Source: an uncultured Gammaproteobacteria bacterium
GTDB taxonomy: Bacteria > Patescibacteriota > Microgenomatia > UBA12405
Assembly (NCBI GenBank): GCA_964503465.1
Contig: CAZCYZ010000004.1
Coordinates: 16,235 to 80,234 of the forward strand
Length of the DNA: 64,000 nucleotides
Direction: 5' to 3'
Position numbers and translations under genes: made by a program. Each line of letters begins with the position of its first letter. Position 1 is the stretch's first letter. Positions 38,218 through 47,350 of this stretch are shown here, piece after piece. The notes under the pieces are model-generated. The model did not search any database and was not told the DNA's origin. It was given only the letters and a program-made list of their open reading frames with translations.

Positions 38218-39270
38218 CTAGTTAACAACTTCGATAGTGCCAGTAATCATACCCATCCAACAGGAAAAACGATAAGTACCGGGAGTGGCGGGAGCGGTGA
38301 ATTCCTTGATTGAAGTGGTACCGGGGACCAAATTGATGGCACCAGTAAATAACTTGCGGGCAATGATGGCATTGGTACAACCGCTGGTGCCGCGGTCGGT
38401 AATCTCCCAACGAACTGGCTGACCAGCTTTGACGGTAAAATAGTTTGGGGAATAACCGGCACTGGTGGCATCCATACGAAGAATTGTTTGTGGTGCAACG
38501 GTAGTGTGGTTGACGATGGCAAAAGAAGGTGCTAGACCAAGAACGACCGACTGTGAATAAAAGTGATAAAGGGAGAAAAGAAGAAGAAGAAGACCAGTGA
38601 TTTGGGAAAAATAACTGGAGAAAGTGGGGTTTTGAAGTGATTTGGCCTGAAGGAAAGAAATTAGAAGAAGAGGAATGAAAGTGCCGAGAGCAAAAGAGAT
38701 CATAATTAATCCGCCAGTAATGGCATGACCAGAGGCAAGAGCGAGACTTTGGGCAGTAAGAGTGAAACCACAGGGAATAAAAAAAGTGGCAAGTCCAAGA
38801 ATAAATGAGGATTTGGGAAGAGTGGAGAGTGAGAGAAAACTGAGACGTGGGAGAACGGAGGGAAGGAGCATGGTGATGGCAAGATAAAGAAGAAATAGCG
38901 AGACAAAGATGTTGATTAGAGCACTAATGTCGGGAGAAAGTTGAAATAAGTTGCCAAACTGTCCAAGAAGGGCACCAAAGGTAGCAAAGGAAAGGAAACG
39001 TCCAAGATGAAATTGAGAGAGCTTGCTAGTCCCCTGCTGAGTGAGAGCAATAACCAAACCACCAAGGGTGGCAGAACAGGTAGAAAAACCGGCCAGGAGG
39101 CCAAAAAGAATAAAAATTGGAAATGAGGAATTGGAGCTGACCGAGACAAAACTAAAAACACCTGAACGTTGAAACAAGTAAATAGCAAGAAAGACGATGA
39201 CAACGGCAACGAGGGAGATAACCAGATTGGGACGAGGGGCATTGGGGTGACAAGAACAAGAAGAGGACAT
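38218..39270 (-). CDS. polytopic membrane protein with N-terminal Cys cluster, intramembrane Cys pairs and C-terminal cupredoxin-like domain (putative metal/redox handling)
   Basis: MSSSCSCHPN N-terminus; TM Cys motifs FSTCSATLGG and FIPCGFT (CcdA/DsbD_2-like); C-terminal beta-domain ...GTYRFSCWMGM. Confidence 0.35.
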   Translation of the reverse strand: MSSSCSCHPNAPRPNLVISLVAVVIVFLAIYLFQRSGVFSFVSVSSNSSFPIFILFGLLAGFSTCSATLGGLVIALTQQGTSKLSQFHLGRFLSFATFGALLGQFGNLFQLSPDISALINIFVSLFLLYLAITMLLPSVLPRLSFLSLSTLPKSSFILGLATFFIPCGFTLTAQSLALASGHAITGGLIMISFALGTFIPLLLISFLQAKSLQNPTFSSYFSQITGLLLLLFSLYHFYSQSVVLGLAPSFAIVNHTTVAPQTILRMDATSAGYSPNYFTVKAGQPVRWEITDRGTSGCTNAIIARKLFTGAINLVPGTTSIKEFTAPATPGTYRFSCWMGMITGTIEVVN

Positions 39271-39297
39271 ACTACGAGTGTAGTATAGAATAGCGAA

Positions 39298-40005
39298 TTG
39301 TCAATGATAAAATTGGGGGTGTTGGAAATAGTAGAGAAAAAATTAAGGGACGAGGGGAGGTTTTGGGTTGCATTTGTGGGCGATTCACTAACAAGTTGCG
39401 AATGGGTGCATCCAAATTGGCGAGAGATAGTGGAATATGTATTGAAAGATAGATTACAAAGGACTTTTAAAGACTGGAAGGTCCCCTCTTGGGGAATTAG
39501 ATGTTTTAATTGTGGTTATGATGGAGCGACAACACGAGATATAGTGGACAAAACGGAGGAGATCTTGACACTAAAACCAGACATAATAATAACAATGATC
39601 GGGTCAAATGATGCAATTCTGGGGGTGTCAGTGGGGGAACATGGACAAAACGTGGAGGAAATTGCAAAAAAGCTAGGTGGAGTGGTGGTCAACGAGTTTA
39701 GTCCATTAAACGAAACAGCGACTAATAGATATAAGCCTTACGTTGAAAAAGACAGACAATTAGGATTAAGCAACTTCGTTGATATGGAGAAAGAATTCAA
39801 GCCAGAGTGGAGATTTTTTACTTTTAAATCGGAAGAGAATCCGGAAGAAGGGATAAAGGAAGGAGAACCAGATTATTGGCATCCCAACCAGCTGGGAAAT
39901 GCCTATTTAGCGAAAATAATTTTGGAGAAGGTGTTTAGAATTAGTTTTGACCCAGAAAAATTTTGGCGAGAGACGTTAGAAGGTAAAAAATATCCGGGGT
40001 ATTAA
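39298..40005 (+). CDS. SGNH/GDSL hydrolase
   Basis: Block I FVGDSLT, block III GSND, block V DYWHPN. Confidence 0.7.
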   Translation: MSMIKLGVLEIVEKKLRDEGRFWVAFVGDSLTSCEWVHPNWREIVEYVLKDRLQRTFKDWKVPSWGIRCFNCGYDGATTRDIVDKTEEILTLKPDIIITMIGSNDAILGVSVGEHGQNVEEIAKKLGGVVVNEFSPLNETATNRYKPYVEKDRQLGLSNFVDMEKEFKPEWRFFTFKSEENPEEGIKEGEPDYWHPNQLGNAYLAKIILEKVFRISFDPEKFWRETLEGKKYPGY

Positions 40006-40006
40006 G

Positions 40007-40351
40007 ATGAACAAGCAAGAATTGATTAGGCAACTCGAAAACAGACTTAAACAGGTCAGGTTGAAAGTAGAAAAAAGACGGTTGGACATGGTTAACCAGG
40101 ACGGACCAAATGAATCGAGATACATTACAGCCACGAGGTGGTTGGTGGAGCAAGAAATTGAAAGTTTGGATAGGGAGGTTGCAAGACTGACTAATGGACT
40201 AAAAGAAGTGTCGCGATTGGTCGAGGATCAAACAAGATTTTCTGACAAATATTTCGTAAGTGACAGTTTCGAGTGTGTTGACCTGGGTATAATCTCAAAG
40301 AAGACTGAAATCGGCAAGAAAATTGTTGAGTCAAACACGGCTAAGACTTGA
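40007..40351 (+). CDS. hypothetical coiled-coil protein
   Basis: 114-aa charged ORF whose 3' end overlaps the convergent repressor gene. Confidence 0.3.
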   Translation: MNKQELIRQLENRLKQVRLKVEKRRLDMVNQDGPNESRYITATRWLVEQEIESLDREVARLTNGLKEVSRLVEDQTRFSDKYFVSDSFECVDLGIISKKTEIGKKIVESNTAKT

Positions 40352-40691
40352 GAGATTTGGAGACACGACGAAAGGAGTCGAGAGCATATTGGCCATAAGA
40401 AGAGAGAACGCGGGAAAAGAGATCGTCAAGGCACTGGCAAGCAAATTTATCCTTAGTCTGGACAGGAGAATAAAGATAAGCATTGCCGGAAAGATGGCGT
40501 TTGACGATTTTTTTGTCGGACATGCGCTTGAGAACAGTCATAATGGTGGTGTAGGCGTGCCTACCTTTGAGTTTGGTCAAAACTTCGGCTGGTTTGAGGG
40601 GTGAAGATGAGGCCCAGAGAACTTCCATGATTTGTTGTTCTAGACCGCCCAAAAGACCACATTTGCCGTTACAATGACAGTTACAGTTCAT
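40341..40691 (-). CDS. BlaI/MecI/CopY-family transcriptional repressor with N-terminal Cys cluster
   Basis: EQQIMEVLWASSSPLKPAEVLTKL...AYTTIMTVLKRMSDKKIVKR winged-helix region, preceded by MNCNCHCNGKCG. Confidence 0.65.
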   Translation of the reverse strand: MNCNCHCNGKCGLLGGLEQQIMEVLWASSSPLKPAEVLTKLKGRHAYTTIMTVLKRMSDKKIVKRHLSGNAYLYSPVQTKDKFACQCLDDLFSRVLSSYGQYALDSFRRVSKSLKS

Positions 40692-40709
40692 GCTACGACA
40701 AGTGTAGCA

Positions 40710-41012
40710 TTAAGGCTTCTTTTTGTCGATTTTGTCAAGCTTGAGGCCCTTGACACCAAAGTAGACGACAGTGGCAACAACGAGAAAATCGATAAGAGTA
40801 GAGAGAAAATTACCATAGAGAACTTTGGCTGGACCAATTTGGAGAAAGGCATCTTTGAGGTTGCCAGTGAGACCAAGAAAAATACCCAAAATTGGATTAA
40901 TAATATCGGTAATGAGGGAACTGACTAGTTGTTTGACAGCACCGCCGAGAATAAAACCAACAGCTAGACCGACAATCCCCTGCTCGCGAACAAAATTAAG
41001 AAAGTCTTTCAT
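40710..41012 (-). CDS. mscL: large-conductance mechanosensitive channel MscL
   Basis: MKDFLNFVREQGIVGLAVGFILGGAVKQLVSSLITDIINP matches the MscL N-terminus and TM1; 100 aa. Confidence 0.85.
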   Translation of the reverse strand: MKDFLNFVREQGIVGLAVGFILGGAVKQLVSSLITDIINPILGIFLGLTGNLKDAFLQIGPAKVLYGNFLSTLIDFLVVATVVYFGVKGLKLDKIDKKKP

Positions 41013-41107
41013 AAACTAGTTTATCAAGTAAAATAAGATATGAATCAAATCCCGATGCTCCACTTCGTTTCGATCGGGATGTCGGATTATTAATTATATA
41101 AAAAATA

Positions 41108-41668
41108 ATGACCTCCACTCAACAAAATCTCTTAAAGGCTTTTGCGGGCGAGAGCCAGGCGAGAAATAAATATCAGACCTTTGCCAAAATAGCCAGGAAA
41201 GAGAACCTGGAGTGGGTGGCAAGAGTGTTTGAGGAGACGGCAGACAATGAGCGAGCCCATGCAGAGGAGTTGTTTGAATTGATTACCGAGCCAGTGCAAA
41301 CAGAAGGGAACTTGGGAATTATCCCATTTTATAAAACAACAGTGGAAAATTTGGAAGTAGCGGCAGAAGGAGAAAGATATGAATGGACAAAGATGTATCC
41401 TGATTTTGAGCAAATCGCCAAACAGGATGGGGACACAGAGGCGACGAGACTTTTTGGAGAATTAAAAGAAGTGGAGGAGAAACACGAAGAAAGGTATATT
41501 ATATTGGCCAAGAAACTGGACAGTAAAACACTTTATAGTTCCGACGTTGAGCTGGAGTGGAAGTGTGTAAATTGTGGATATATCCATAAGGGAAAAACAC
41601 CACCGGTGACATGTCCAGTGTGCAAAAAGCCAATGACTTGGTATATGCCGATAGGGCTAGTAAGATAA
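41108..41668 (+). CDS. rbr: rubrerythrin (ferritin-like diiron domain plus C-terminal rubredoxin-like CxxC...CxxC)
   Basis: LKAFAGESQARNKY...ERAHAEE diiron motifs and CVNCGYIH...CPVCKKP. Confidence 0.9.
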   Translation: MTSTQQNLLKAFAGESQARNKYQTFAKIARKENLEWVARVFEETADNERAHAEELFELITEPVQTEGNLGIIPFYKTTVENLEVAAEGERYEWTKMYPDFEQIAKQDGDTEATRLFGELKEVEEKHEERYIILAKKLDSKTLYSSDVELEWKCVNCGYIHKGKTPPVTCPVCKKPMTWYMPIGLVR

Positions 41669-41671
41669 AAT

Positions 41672-41709
41672 CCACCCCCTACCCCCTCCCTTGAAGAATG
41701 GAGGGGGAG
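41672..41709. repeat. palindromic element copy G (variant), between convergent rbr and the HAD gene
   Basis: CCACCCCCTACCCCCTCCCTTGAAGAATGGAGGGGGAG; supplies the last codons of the HAD ORF and is terminator-like. Confidence 0.55.
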
Positions 41710-42296
41710 ATTGATTCTAGGTCGAGAATTAGCTTGTTGTAATTCTCAAAGATGATGCCGTGAATGCCAAGGGCTTGGGCGCCGTGAATATTGGCAGGTC
41801 TATCGTCAATAAAAATTGTTTCCGAGGCGGCCAGAGAATGGCGAGAAAGTAACTGCTGGTAAATAGCCGGATCGGGCTTACGAAGACCAAGCTGCCAACT
41901 ACAGTAACCAAAACTAAAAATACCGATAATTTTTTGTTGAATATAGGGATAGAGATAGTTTTCGGCATTACTTAAATAAGCGACAGTGAAGTGACGACGA
42001 AGCCGAGCAACAAGGTCGACAACTTCGGGATTGTAGAATGATTCGAATTCGGGAGTGTGATAAACGGAATCAAGAATGCGAAGGTACGGCGCAACATCTT
42101 TGACCGGCAAGAGTTTGACAAACTGCTCCAGGGTAAGGTGGTTGTCTTCGAGAGATTTATAGTGCTGGTCGTAAATAGAACAAAAATGAACGAAGGTGTA
42201 GTGGTTGAGCTGGGCGGCTTGTTGCTTGAAACGATCGAGAAGTAACTGGTAGCGCCAAACGACATTGCCGATGTCGAAAATGAAATTTTTGATCAT
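41679..42296 (-). CDS. HAD-IA hydrolase, YihX-like (DxGNV variant)
   Basis: MIKNFIFDIGNVVW matches the FDLGNV motif I of YihX-type phosphatases. The C-terminal residues are encoded by palindromic element G. Confidence 0.65.
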   Translation of the reverse strand: MIKNFIFDIGNVVWRYQLLLDRFKQQAAQLNHYTFVHFCSIYDQHYKSLEDNHLTLEQFVKLLPVKDVAPYLRILDSVYHTPEFESFYNPEVVDLVARLRRHFTVAYLSNAENYLYPYIQQKIIGIFSFGYCSWQLGLRKPDPAIYQQLLSRHSLAASETIFIDDRPANIHGAQALGIHGIIFENYNKLILDLESISPSILQGRG

Positions 42297-42316
42297 TGAG
42301 GTAGAATACAGGAGAA

Positions 42317-42841
42317 ATGACAGACGAGGAAGTGATTAGGCGGGTACAGGAGGGGGACAAAGAGATGTTTGGAGAGATAGTGGAGAGATATTGGGGTAAA
42401 CTGGCGAGTTATATTAGACGGATGACAAATCAGCCAGAGGAAGAAGTAGAGGATCTGTTGGAAAACGTGTTAGTAAGCGCATATGTCAACATACAGGGAT
42501 TTGATACGGGTAAAAAATTTAGTAGTTGGATTTATAGAATTGCCCACAATAAGTCAGTTGATTATTTTAAAAAAAATAAACCAAAAAGACTGGAGGATGA
42601 CGAAATGCTGGCAGACAGCAAAAAACTAATGGAAGAGATGGAGATAGATAAAGAAGAGCGGAACAGGATAAGAAAGGCGGTGGAAAGATTGGAGGTAAAA
42701 TATAGGGAAGTAATATTACTTTATTATTTTGAGGACAAAAACTACGAAGAAATAAGTGATATTTTACATGTGCCCGTTGACAACGTGGGGGTGATGCTGT
42801 TTAGAGCGAAAAATAAACTGAGACAGATTTATGAAGTATGA
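42317..42841 (+). CDS. ECF-subfamily RNA polymerase sigma-70 factor
   Basis: Region 2 (VQEGDKEMFGEIVERYWGKL...YRIAHNKSVDYFKK) and region 4 HTH. Confidence 0.8.
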   Translation: MTDEEVIRRVQEGDKEMFGEIVERYWGKLASYIRRMTNQPEEEVEDLLENVLVSAYVNIQGFDTGKKFSSWIYRIAHNKSVDYFKKNKPKRLEDDEMLADSKKLMEEMEIDKEERNRIRKAVERLEVKYREVILLYYFEDKNYEEISDILHVPVDNVGVMLFRAKNKLRQIYEV

Positions 42842-42851
42842 ATCATGAAAT

Positions 42852-43277
42852 ATGAATAAAACCAAAAAAGAGATATTGGAAAAAATTAGGAAAAACGAAA
42901 TAAAGATGAAGCCGAAATGGTGGTTTGTGGCTAAAACGATGGGGCTAAGAAGCGGGGTGGGGTTAATTTGGCTGTTGGGAGCACTGGCGGCATCGGGATT
43001 ATGGTATTGGTGGGACATTAACAACCCAATAGAGTTGGCGGGGGTGGGAGACGTTGGGTGGGAAGTGATAAAAGATAAACTTCCTTACTGGCTGGTGGTA
43101 GGACTAGGGTTACTGCTGGGAGGAGGAGGGATGCTTTATTTGAAAACCGGGGAAAATTATAAGAAAACAACAAGAACGATAGTGTTAATTGTGGCCGGGG
43201 CGATGATTGGGTTGACAATACTAATGACCTGGTGGCGGTATCAAAACGAACTGGAATTATTACTAAAATTTAGTTGA
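42852..43277 (+). CDS. membrane protein, putative anti-sigma factor partner
   Basis: Immediately downstream of the ECF sigma gene, with 3-4 TM. Confidence 0.35.
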   Translation: MNKTKKEILEKIRKNEIKMKPKWWFVAKTMGLRSGVGLIWLLGALAASGLWYWWDINNPIELAGVGDVGWEVIKDKLPYWLVVGLGLLLGGGGMLYLKTGENYKKTTRTIVLIVAGAMIGLTILMTWWRYQNELELLLKFS

Positions 43278-43554
43278 GTTCGTTTTCGAGGTTCTTGAGT
43301 TCTGATTCGGAGCCGTCGTCGCTGTTGAGTTCGTCTAATAATTGTTGGTCAGTGGGGTCATCGGCTTTAACTTGGTCTTCCTGACGTTCTTCGTCGATCT
43401 TGTCATTAATCTTGTCGCCGGTTTCGATAACTTTTTCTTCGACTTGATCAACTTTTTGCTCAACTTCGTCAAGAACTTTATTTTTGAGATCCTGTTTGGC
43501 TTGACAGCCGGTGAGAATAAAAACACTAAGGAGAATGAGGACGAATGTTTTCAT
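43270..43554 (-). CDS. acidic lipoprotein
   Basis: MKTFVLILLSVFILTGC lipobox. Confidence 0.45.
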   Translation of the reverse strand: MKTFVLILLSVFILTGCQAKQDLKNKVLDEVEQKVDQVEEKVIETGDKINDKIDEERQEDQVKADDPTDQQLLDELNSDDGSESELKNLENELN

Positions 43555-43567
43555 GGAATAAGGGTAC

Positions 43568-43601
43568 CAAAAACCCGTCCCGATGCCAAGACCGGGACGG
43601 G
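43568..43601 (-). terminator. rho-independent terminator hairpin for gene 43623-44162
   Basis: 9-bp GC stem CCCGTCCCG/CGGGACGGG with a 10-nt loop. The minus-strand RNA then runs into a U-tract (+ strand aaaaa at 43569-43573). Confidence 0.5.
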
Positions 43602-43622
43602 AGGGATTAGTGTCTACCTAAA

Positions 43623-44162
43623 TTACATTTTCCAAAACTGACGAAGAACTTCAACCTCAACCTGACGGATTTGAGTGTTGACTTCGGTAACCGCCTTGCG
43701 AGCATCAAAAAGTTTTTGAATACTGGCCAGTGGTTGGTCGAGAGCTAAAAGTTCCTGATAGGCTTTATCGAGGTCGGCCATTTTGGCGGTAAAATCATCG
43801 GCAAAGTCAGAAATGCTATTGAGTTTGGTTTTGAGAGCAGTGAGGTCGACCATTTTAGCTTTTTCCTTGGCCTCGATACGAGCCATAATTTTATTCTTGG
43901 CGGTGGTGGTTAACCAATCGTAGCGTTTTTGAAGTTTAGCCTTAGCACGATTGTAAATATTGCCAACAACTTTCTTTTTGGCCTCGGTCCAAAAAGACTT
44001 ACGTTCTTGGGCGATAGTGCCACGCAACTCACCGCGTTCTTCACGAGCTTGCTGACGAAGAGCGGCATTGGTGGGATTGGGGCTAACAATAGCTAGAGAT
44101 GGGGCGGCGGTAGCCAAAAAAGTAGCGCCGACAAAAACAAAAGCGAGTTTGGTTGATTTCAT
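43623..44162 (-). CDS. secreted coiled-coil protein
   Basis: Signal peptide MKSTKLAFVFVGATFLATAAPSLA followed by an alpha-helical region. Confidence 0.45.
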   Translation of the reverse strand: MKSTKLAFVFVGATFLATAAPSLAIVSPNPTNAALRQQAREERGELRGTIAQERKSFWTEAKKKVVGNIYNRAKAKLQKRYDWLTTTAKNKIMARIEAKEKAKMVDLTALKTKLNSISDFADDFTAKMADLDKAYQELLALDQPLASIQKLFDARKAVTEVNTQIRQVEVEVLRQFWKM

Positions 44163-44213
44163 GGATTTAATAATTAGTAATTCACTTAGTAATACGAAGA
44201 AGGGAGGAGAATA

Positions 44214-45062
44214 TTACAGTTTTTGACACTGGGGGCAGAAAAAGGTACCGCGACCGCCGATAACGATGCGTTTAATGGGGATGTGGCAGATGGGGCAGGG
44301 CTCCCCCATTCGCTGGTAGACCTTAAAAAAATACTGATGGGAACCTTTGGTGCCGTCGGGAAGGATGTATTGGTCGTCGGCAGCGGTGGAACCTTGGTGG
44401 AAGATAGCCTCGGAAATAACGCTGATAACAGCTTGATGAAGTGTTTTGATTTGAGACGGTTGAAGTTGGTTGGCTTTGGAGGAAGGATGAATGCCGGCCA
44501 GAAAAAGGGAATCGTTGGCATAGATATTGCCAATACCGGCAAAACGGTTTTGATCAAGAAGGACGAATTTGATGGGGCGGGAGGAGTGGAGCTGGGAGGA
44601 AAAGTAGTCAATAGAAAAGGATGGATCGAGAATGTCGCGGCCAAGATGTAGTTGGAATTGATGAAGTTCGTCGGGAGAAAAAAGTTTAATCCAACCAAAC
44701 TTACGTTGGTCGTTGAAGTATAAAATCTCCCCCCGATCCCCTCTTTGACAAGAGGGGGAGAGATAAAAAATTACTCTAGTTGATTTGGAGTTAATGGTTG
44801 AGGTTGGATGACCCAGCTGCTGACCTTGGTAAACGATTTGACCGGTCATTTTGAGGTGGAAATGAAGGATTAAATCGTTTTGAAGATGAAGGGAAAGCTG
44901 TTTACCAAGACGGGTCAATTTGACAATTTTTTGCCCCTCGACGAGCTTGGGATCACCAACGAAAGATTTGGGGGTGAGAATGTCAACTTTTTGAATAGTT
45001 AGACCAACGAGACAAGGTTCAAGAAAGCGTCGGATAGTTTCGACTTCAGGAAGTTCGGGCAC
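44214..45062 (-). CDS. mutM: formamidopyrimidine-DNA glycosylase (Fpg/MutM; Nei not excluded)
   Basis: MPELPEVETIRR N-terminus (catalytic Pro2, Glu3) and a C-terminal zinc finger CPICHIPIKRIVIGGRGTFFCPQCQ. It contains a palindromic-element insertion. Confidence 0.85.
   Translation of the reverse strand: MPELPEVETIRRFLEPCLVGLTIQKVDILTPKSFVGDPKLVEGQKIVKLTRLGKQLSLHLQNDLILHFHLKMTGQIVYQGQQLGHPTSTINSKSTRVIFYLSPSCQRGDRGEILYFNDQRKFGWIKLFSPDELHQFQLHLGRDILDPSFSIDYFSSQLHSSRPIKFVLLDQNRFAGIGNIYANDSLFLAGIHPSSKANQLQPSQIKTLHQAVISVISEAIFHQGSTAADDQYILPDGTKGSHQYFFKVYQRMGEPCPICHIPIKRIVIGGRGTFFCPQCQKL
44726..44763. repeat. palindromic element copy C (variant), in frame within mutM
   Basis: ATCTCCCCCCGATCCCCTCTTTGACAAGAGGGGGAGAG; encodes SPSCQRGDRGE. 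Confidence 0.6.
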
Positions 45063-45076
45063 GATAGTATTTTAGC

Positions 45077-46012
45077 TCAAATCAAATCATCAAGATCTAG
45101 GACAGAGACTGAATTATTGGCGGCAAGACGACGAAGACCGATCATCATGTCGGTAAGACTGTCCTTGATTTGGGAAAAGGAATTTAGATGGGTTTGAACT
45201 TGAGAAACGTAGCCAGTGATGAGAACTAGTTCGGAGATATCCATTCGACCAGCGGTGACCCGGTAGCCAAGATAAAGAAGAATAATGGAGTAAAAGAAAA
45301 CAGCACTGTTTTGAAGATAGGCCCACTCGGTATAACCCCAATGACAAAGACGGTTGTAGTGACGGCTCCAAGAATGCTGTTCTAAATCGAAATCATTACT
45401 GTCTTGAAGTTTGCCATAATAACGTTCGGTTTTGGTATAGAGATGATCCTTGAGAAGAGCATAACGCTGGGTGGTGTAGATATCGATGAAATAATAAATA
45501 AGAATATAAGCAGTGGTGAGAATAAAAGCACTCCAATCACGAGTGAGAAGGATAACCGGGATAGTAATGAGAGAAACGAGACTGTCGATACCAGGCTGCT
45601 TAAAAAGGGATAGGGTAAGAACAGAGGCATCGGAAAAATTTCGAACCGCCTGGACGGTAGCATGGCGCTCTTCTTTGGAATCAGTTTTCAAGTCAGAGAG
45701 AAAATAGTTTTGGATATCAAAACCGATATTACTAATGGCATTGTCGAGCCGAGTGGTGGACTTGAGGCGAAGATAATTGTCAAGTAGACGGATAACAAAG
45801 AGAGCGACAATGGTGGTAAGTAGAGTGGGTAGGGATGATTGAAGTTCCAGATGGCGAATAACCAGCGAAAACTGATAAACGGTAATCAGGGGGAGAATGG
45901 CTGAGATAAACCTGATTAAGAGCCAAAAAAAGAAGGCGGATTTGTCGGTTATGATTTTGAGAATAAAAAAAAGAACTCGATGAGCTTCGGTGGTCACAGG
46001 ATTAATTATCAA
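45077..46012 (-). CDS. ABC-exporter-type transmembrane domain protein with no NBD (possibly degenerate)
   Basis: 6-TM protein of 311 aa resembling an ABC_membrane domain. It has no Walker motifs. Confidence 0.35.
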   Translation of the reverse strand: MIINPVTTEAHRVLFFILKIITDKSAFFFWLLIRFISAILPLITVYQFSLVIRHLELQSSLPTLLTTIVALFVIRLLDNYLRLKSTTRLDNAISNIGFDIQNYFLSDLKTDSKEERHATVQAVRNFSDASVLTLSLFKQPGIDSLVSLITIPVILLTRDWSAFILTTAYILIYYFIDIYTTQRYALLKDHLYTKTERYYGKLQDSNDFDLEQHSWSRHYNRLCHWGYTEWAYLQNSAVFFYSIILLYLGYRVTAGRMDISELVLITGYVSQVQTHLNSFSQIKDSLTDMMIGLRRLAANNSVSVLDLDDLI

Positions 46013-46055
46013 TTATCAATTACGAATTAGCAATTGGATTGAGGTAAAATTGGCT

Positions 46056-47051
46056 ATGAATAATGAGATATATGACACGGTAATTATCGGTTCGGGGCCG
46101 GCAGGGTTGACGGCAGCGATTTACAACATTAGGGCAAACCTAAAAACAGTGGTGGTGGCTGGGAATCAACCGGGAGGGCAACTAACGATTACAACCTTGG
46201 TGGATAACTATCCTGGATTTCCAAACGGAATTGGAGGAGTGAAGTTGATGATGGACATGATGGAACAGGTGAAGAATTTAGGAGGAGAGATAAAAAATGG
46301 AGTTGTTTTGAAAATAAACCCCTCTAAATCTCCCCTTGACAGAGGAGACTTTGAAATTACGCTGGAAAATGACGAGATAATAAAAACTAAGGCAGTAATA
46401 ATAGCGACGGGGGCAAAACACAGATGGTTGGGGCTACCAAAGGAACAGGATTTAATTGGCAAAGGGGTGTCGGGGTGTGCAACTTGTGATGGAATGTTTT
46501 TTAGGGACAAAGTGGTGGCAATTGTGGGTGGAGGTGATTCGGCTTGTACCGAGGCAGATTTTTTGACCAGGTTTGCATCGAAAGTGTATATGATTCACAG
46601 GAGGGATAGTTTGAGGGCAACAGTAGCGGAACAAAGACCAGTGTTGGAGAATCCCAAAATTGAAATGGTGTGGAACACGGAAGTGATTGAATTAAACCCC
46701 TTAAACCCCTCTCCCGCGGTAGCGGGATCTCCCCTTGATGAAGGGGAGACTTTAAAACAGATTAAAATAAGAAACAATAAAACTGGGGAGGAGAAAATAT
46801 CAGAAGTAGAAGGATTGTTTGTGGCAATAGGAGGAGATCCGGTGACTGAATTTGTAACAGACCTAGTAGAAAGGAAAGAAGGAGGACAAATTGTGGTGGG
46901 GAAGAATACAGAATATTTGACTATGAGTTCGATGCCGGGAATTTTTGCGGCGGGAGATTGCGTCAACGATAAATACATGCAGGCGATAATAGCGGCCGGT
47001 GACGGAGCTAGAGCGGCGTTGGACGCAGAGAAATGGCTAAAACAAAGATAA
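46056..47051 (+). CDS. trxB: thioredoxin-disulfide reductase
   Basis: IIGSGPAGLTAAIY (FAD), GCATCDGMFF (redox CxxC) and GGGDSA (NADPH). The start was trimmed to MNNEIYD. The gene carries two in-frame palindromic elements. Confidence 0.9.
   Translation: MNNEIYDTVIIGSGPAGLTAAIYNIRANLKTVVVAGNQPGGQLTITTLVDNYPGFPNGIGGVKLMMDMMEQVKNLGGEIKNGVVLKINPSKSPLDRGDFEITLENDEIIKTKAVIIATGAKHRWLGLPKEQDLIGKGVSGCATCDGMFFRDKVVAIVGGGDSACTEADFLTRFASKVYMIHRRDSLRATVAEQRPVLENPKIEMVWNTEVIELNPLNPSPAVAGSPLDEGETLKQIKIRNNKTGEEKISEVEGLFVAIGGDPVTEFVTDLVERKEGGQIVVGKNTEYLTMSSMPGIFAAGDCVNDKYMQAIIAAGDGARAALDAEKWLKQR
46316..46349. repeat. palindromic element copy D, in frame within trxB
   Basis: AAACCCCTCTAAATCTCCCCTTGACAGAGGAGAC; encodes NPSKSPLDRGD. 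Confidence 0.7.
46693..46750. repeat. palindromic element copy E (double hairpin), in frame within trxB
   Basis: AAACCCCTTAAACCCCTCTCCCGCGGTAGCGGGATCTCCCCTTGATGAAGGGGAGAC; encodes NPLNPSPAVAGSPLDEGE. Confidence 0.7.
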
Positions 47052-47350
47052 GTTACTTTCCTTGCGACCAACGTCGGTGACGAGAATTTTTGGGTATTTC
47101 CGAACTACGGCCATCAAAGGCCTGAGCAGGAACCAAAAAGGGACAATGTTGCCTGTCACGACAATAACAACCAGCCTTGGTGGGGGTAAAGTGTTTTTGA
47201 TCTCTTTTTCCGTGAGTACAAATAAGTTCTTCAGGAGGAATTTCATTCAAATATTTTTCTAACATTTCTGGGAACACGAACGGATGATACCAGAAAGGAA
47301 AGAAATATATTGTAGCAAGATGATGATGGATTTATAATTTCCCATACTTT

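Noticed and set aside
45077-46012. A complete ABC exporter encoded divergently from trxB
   Set aside because: Only a 6-TM domain is present without Walker A/B or signature motifs. It is left as a TMD-only or degenerate protein rather than a transporter call.
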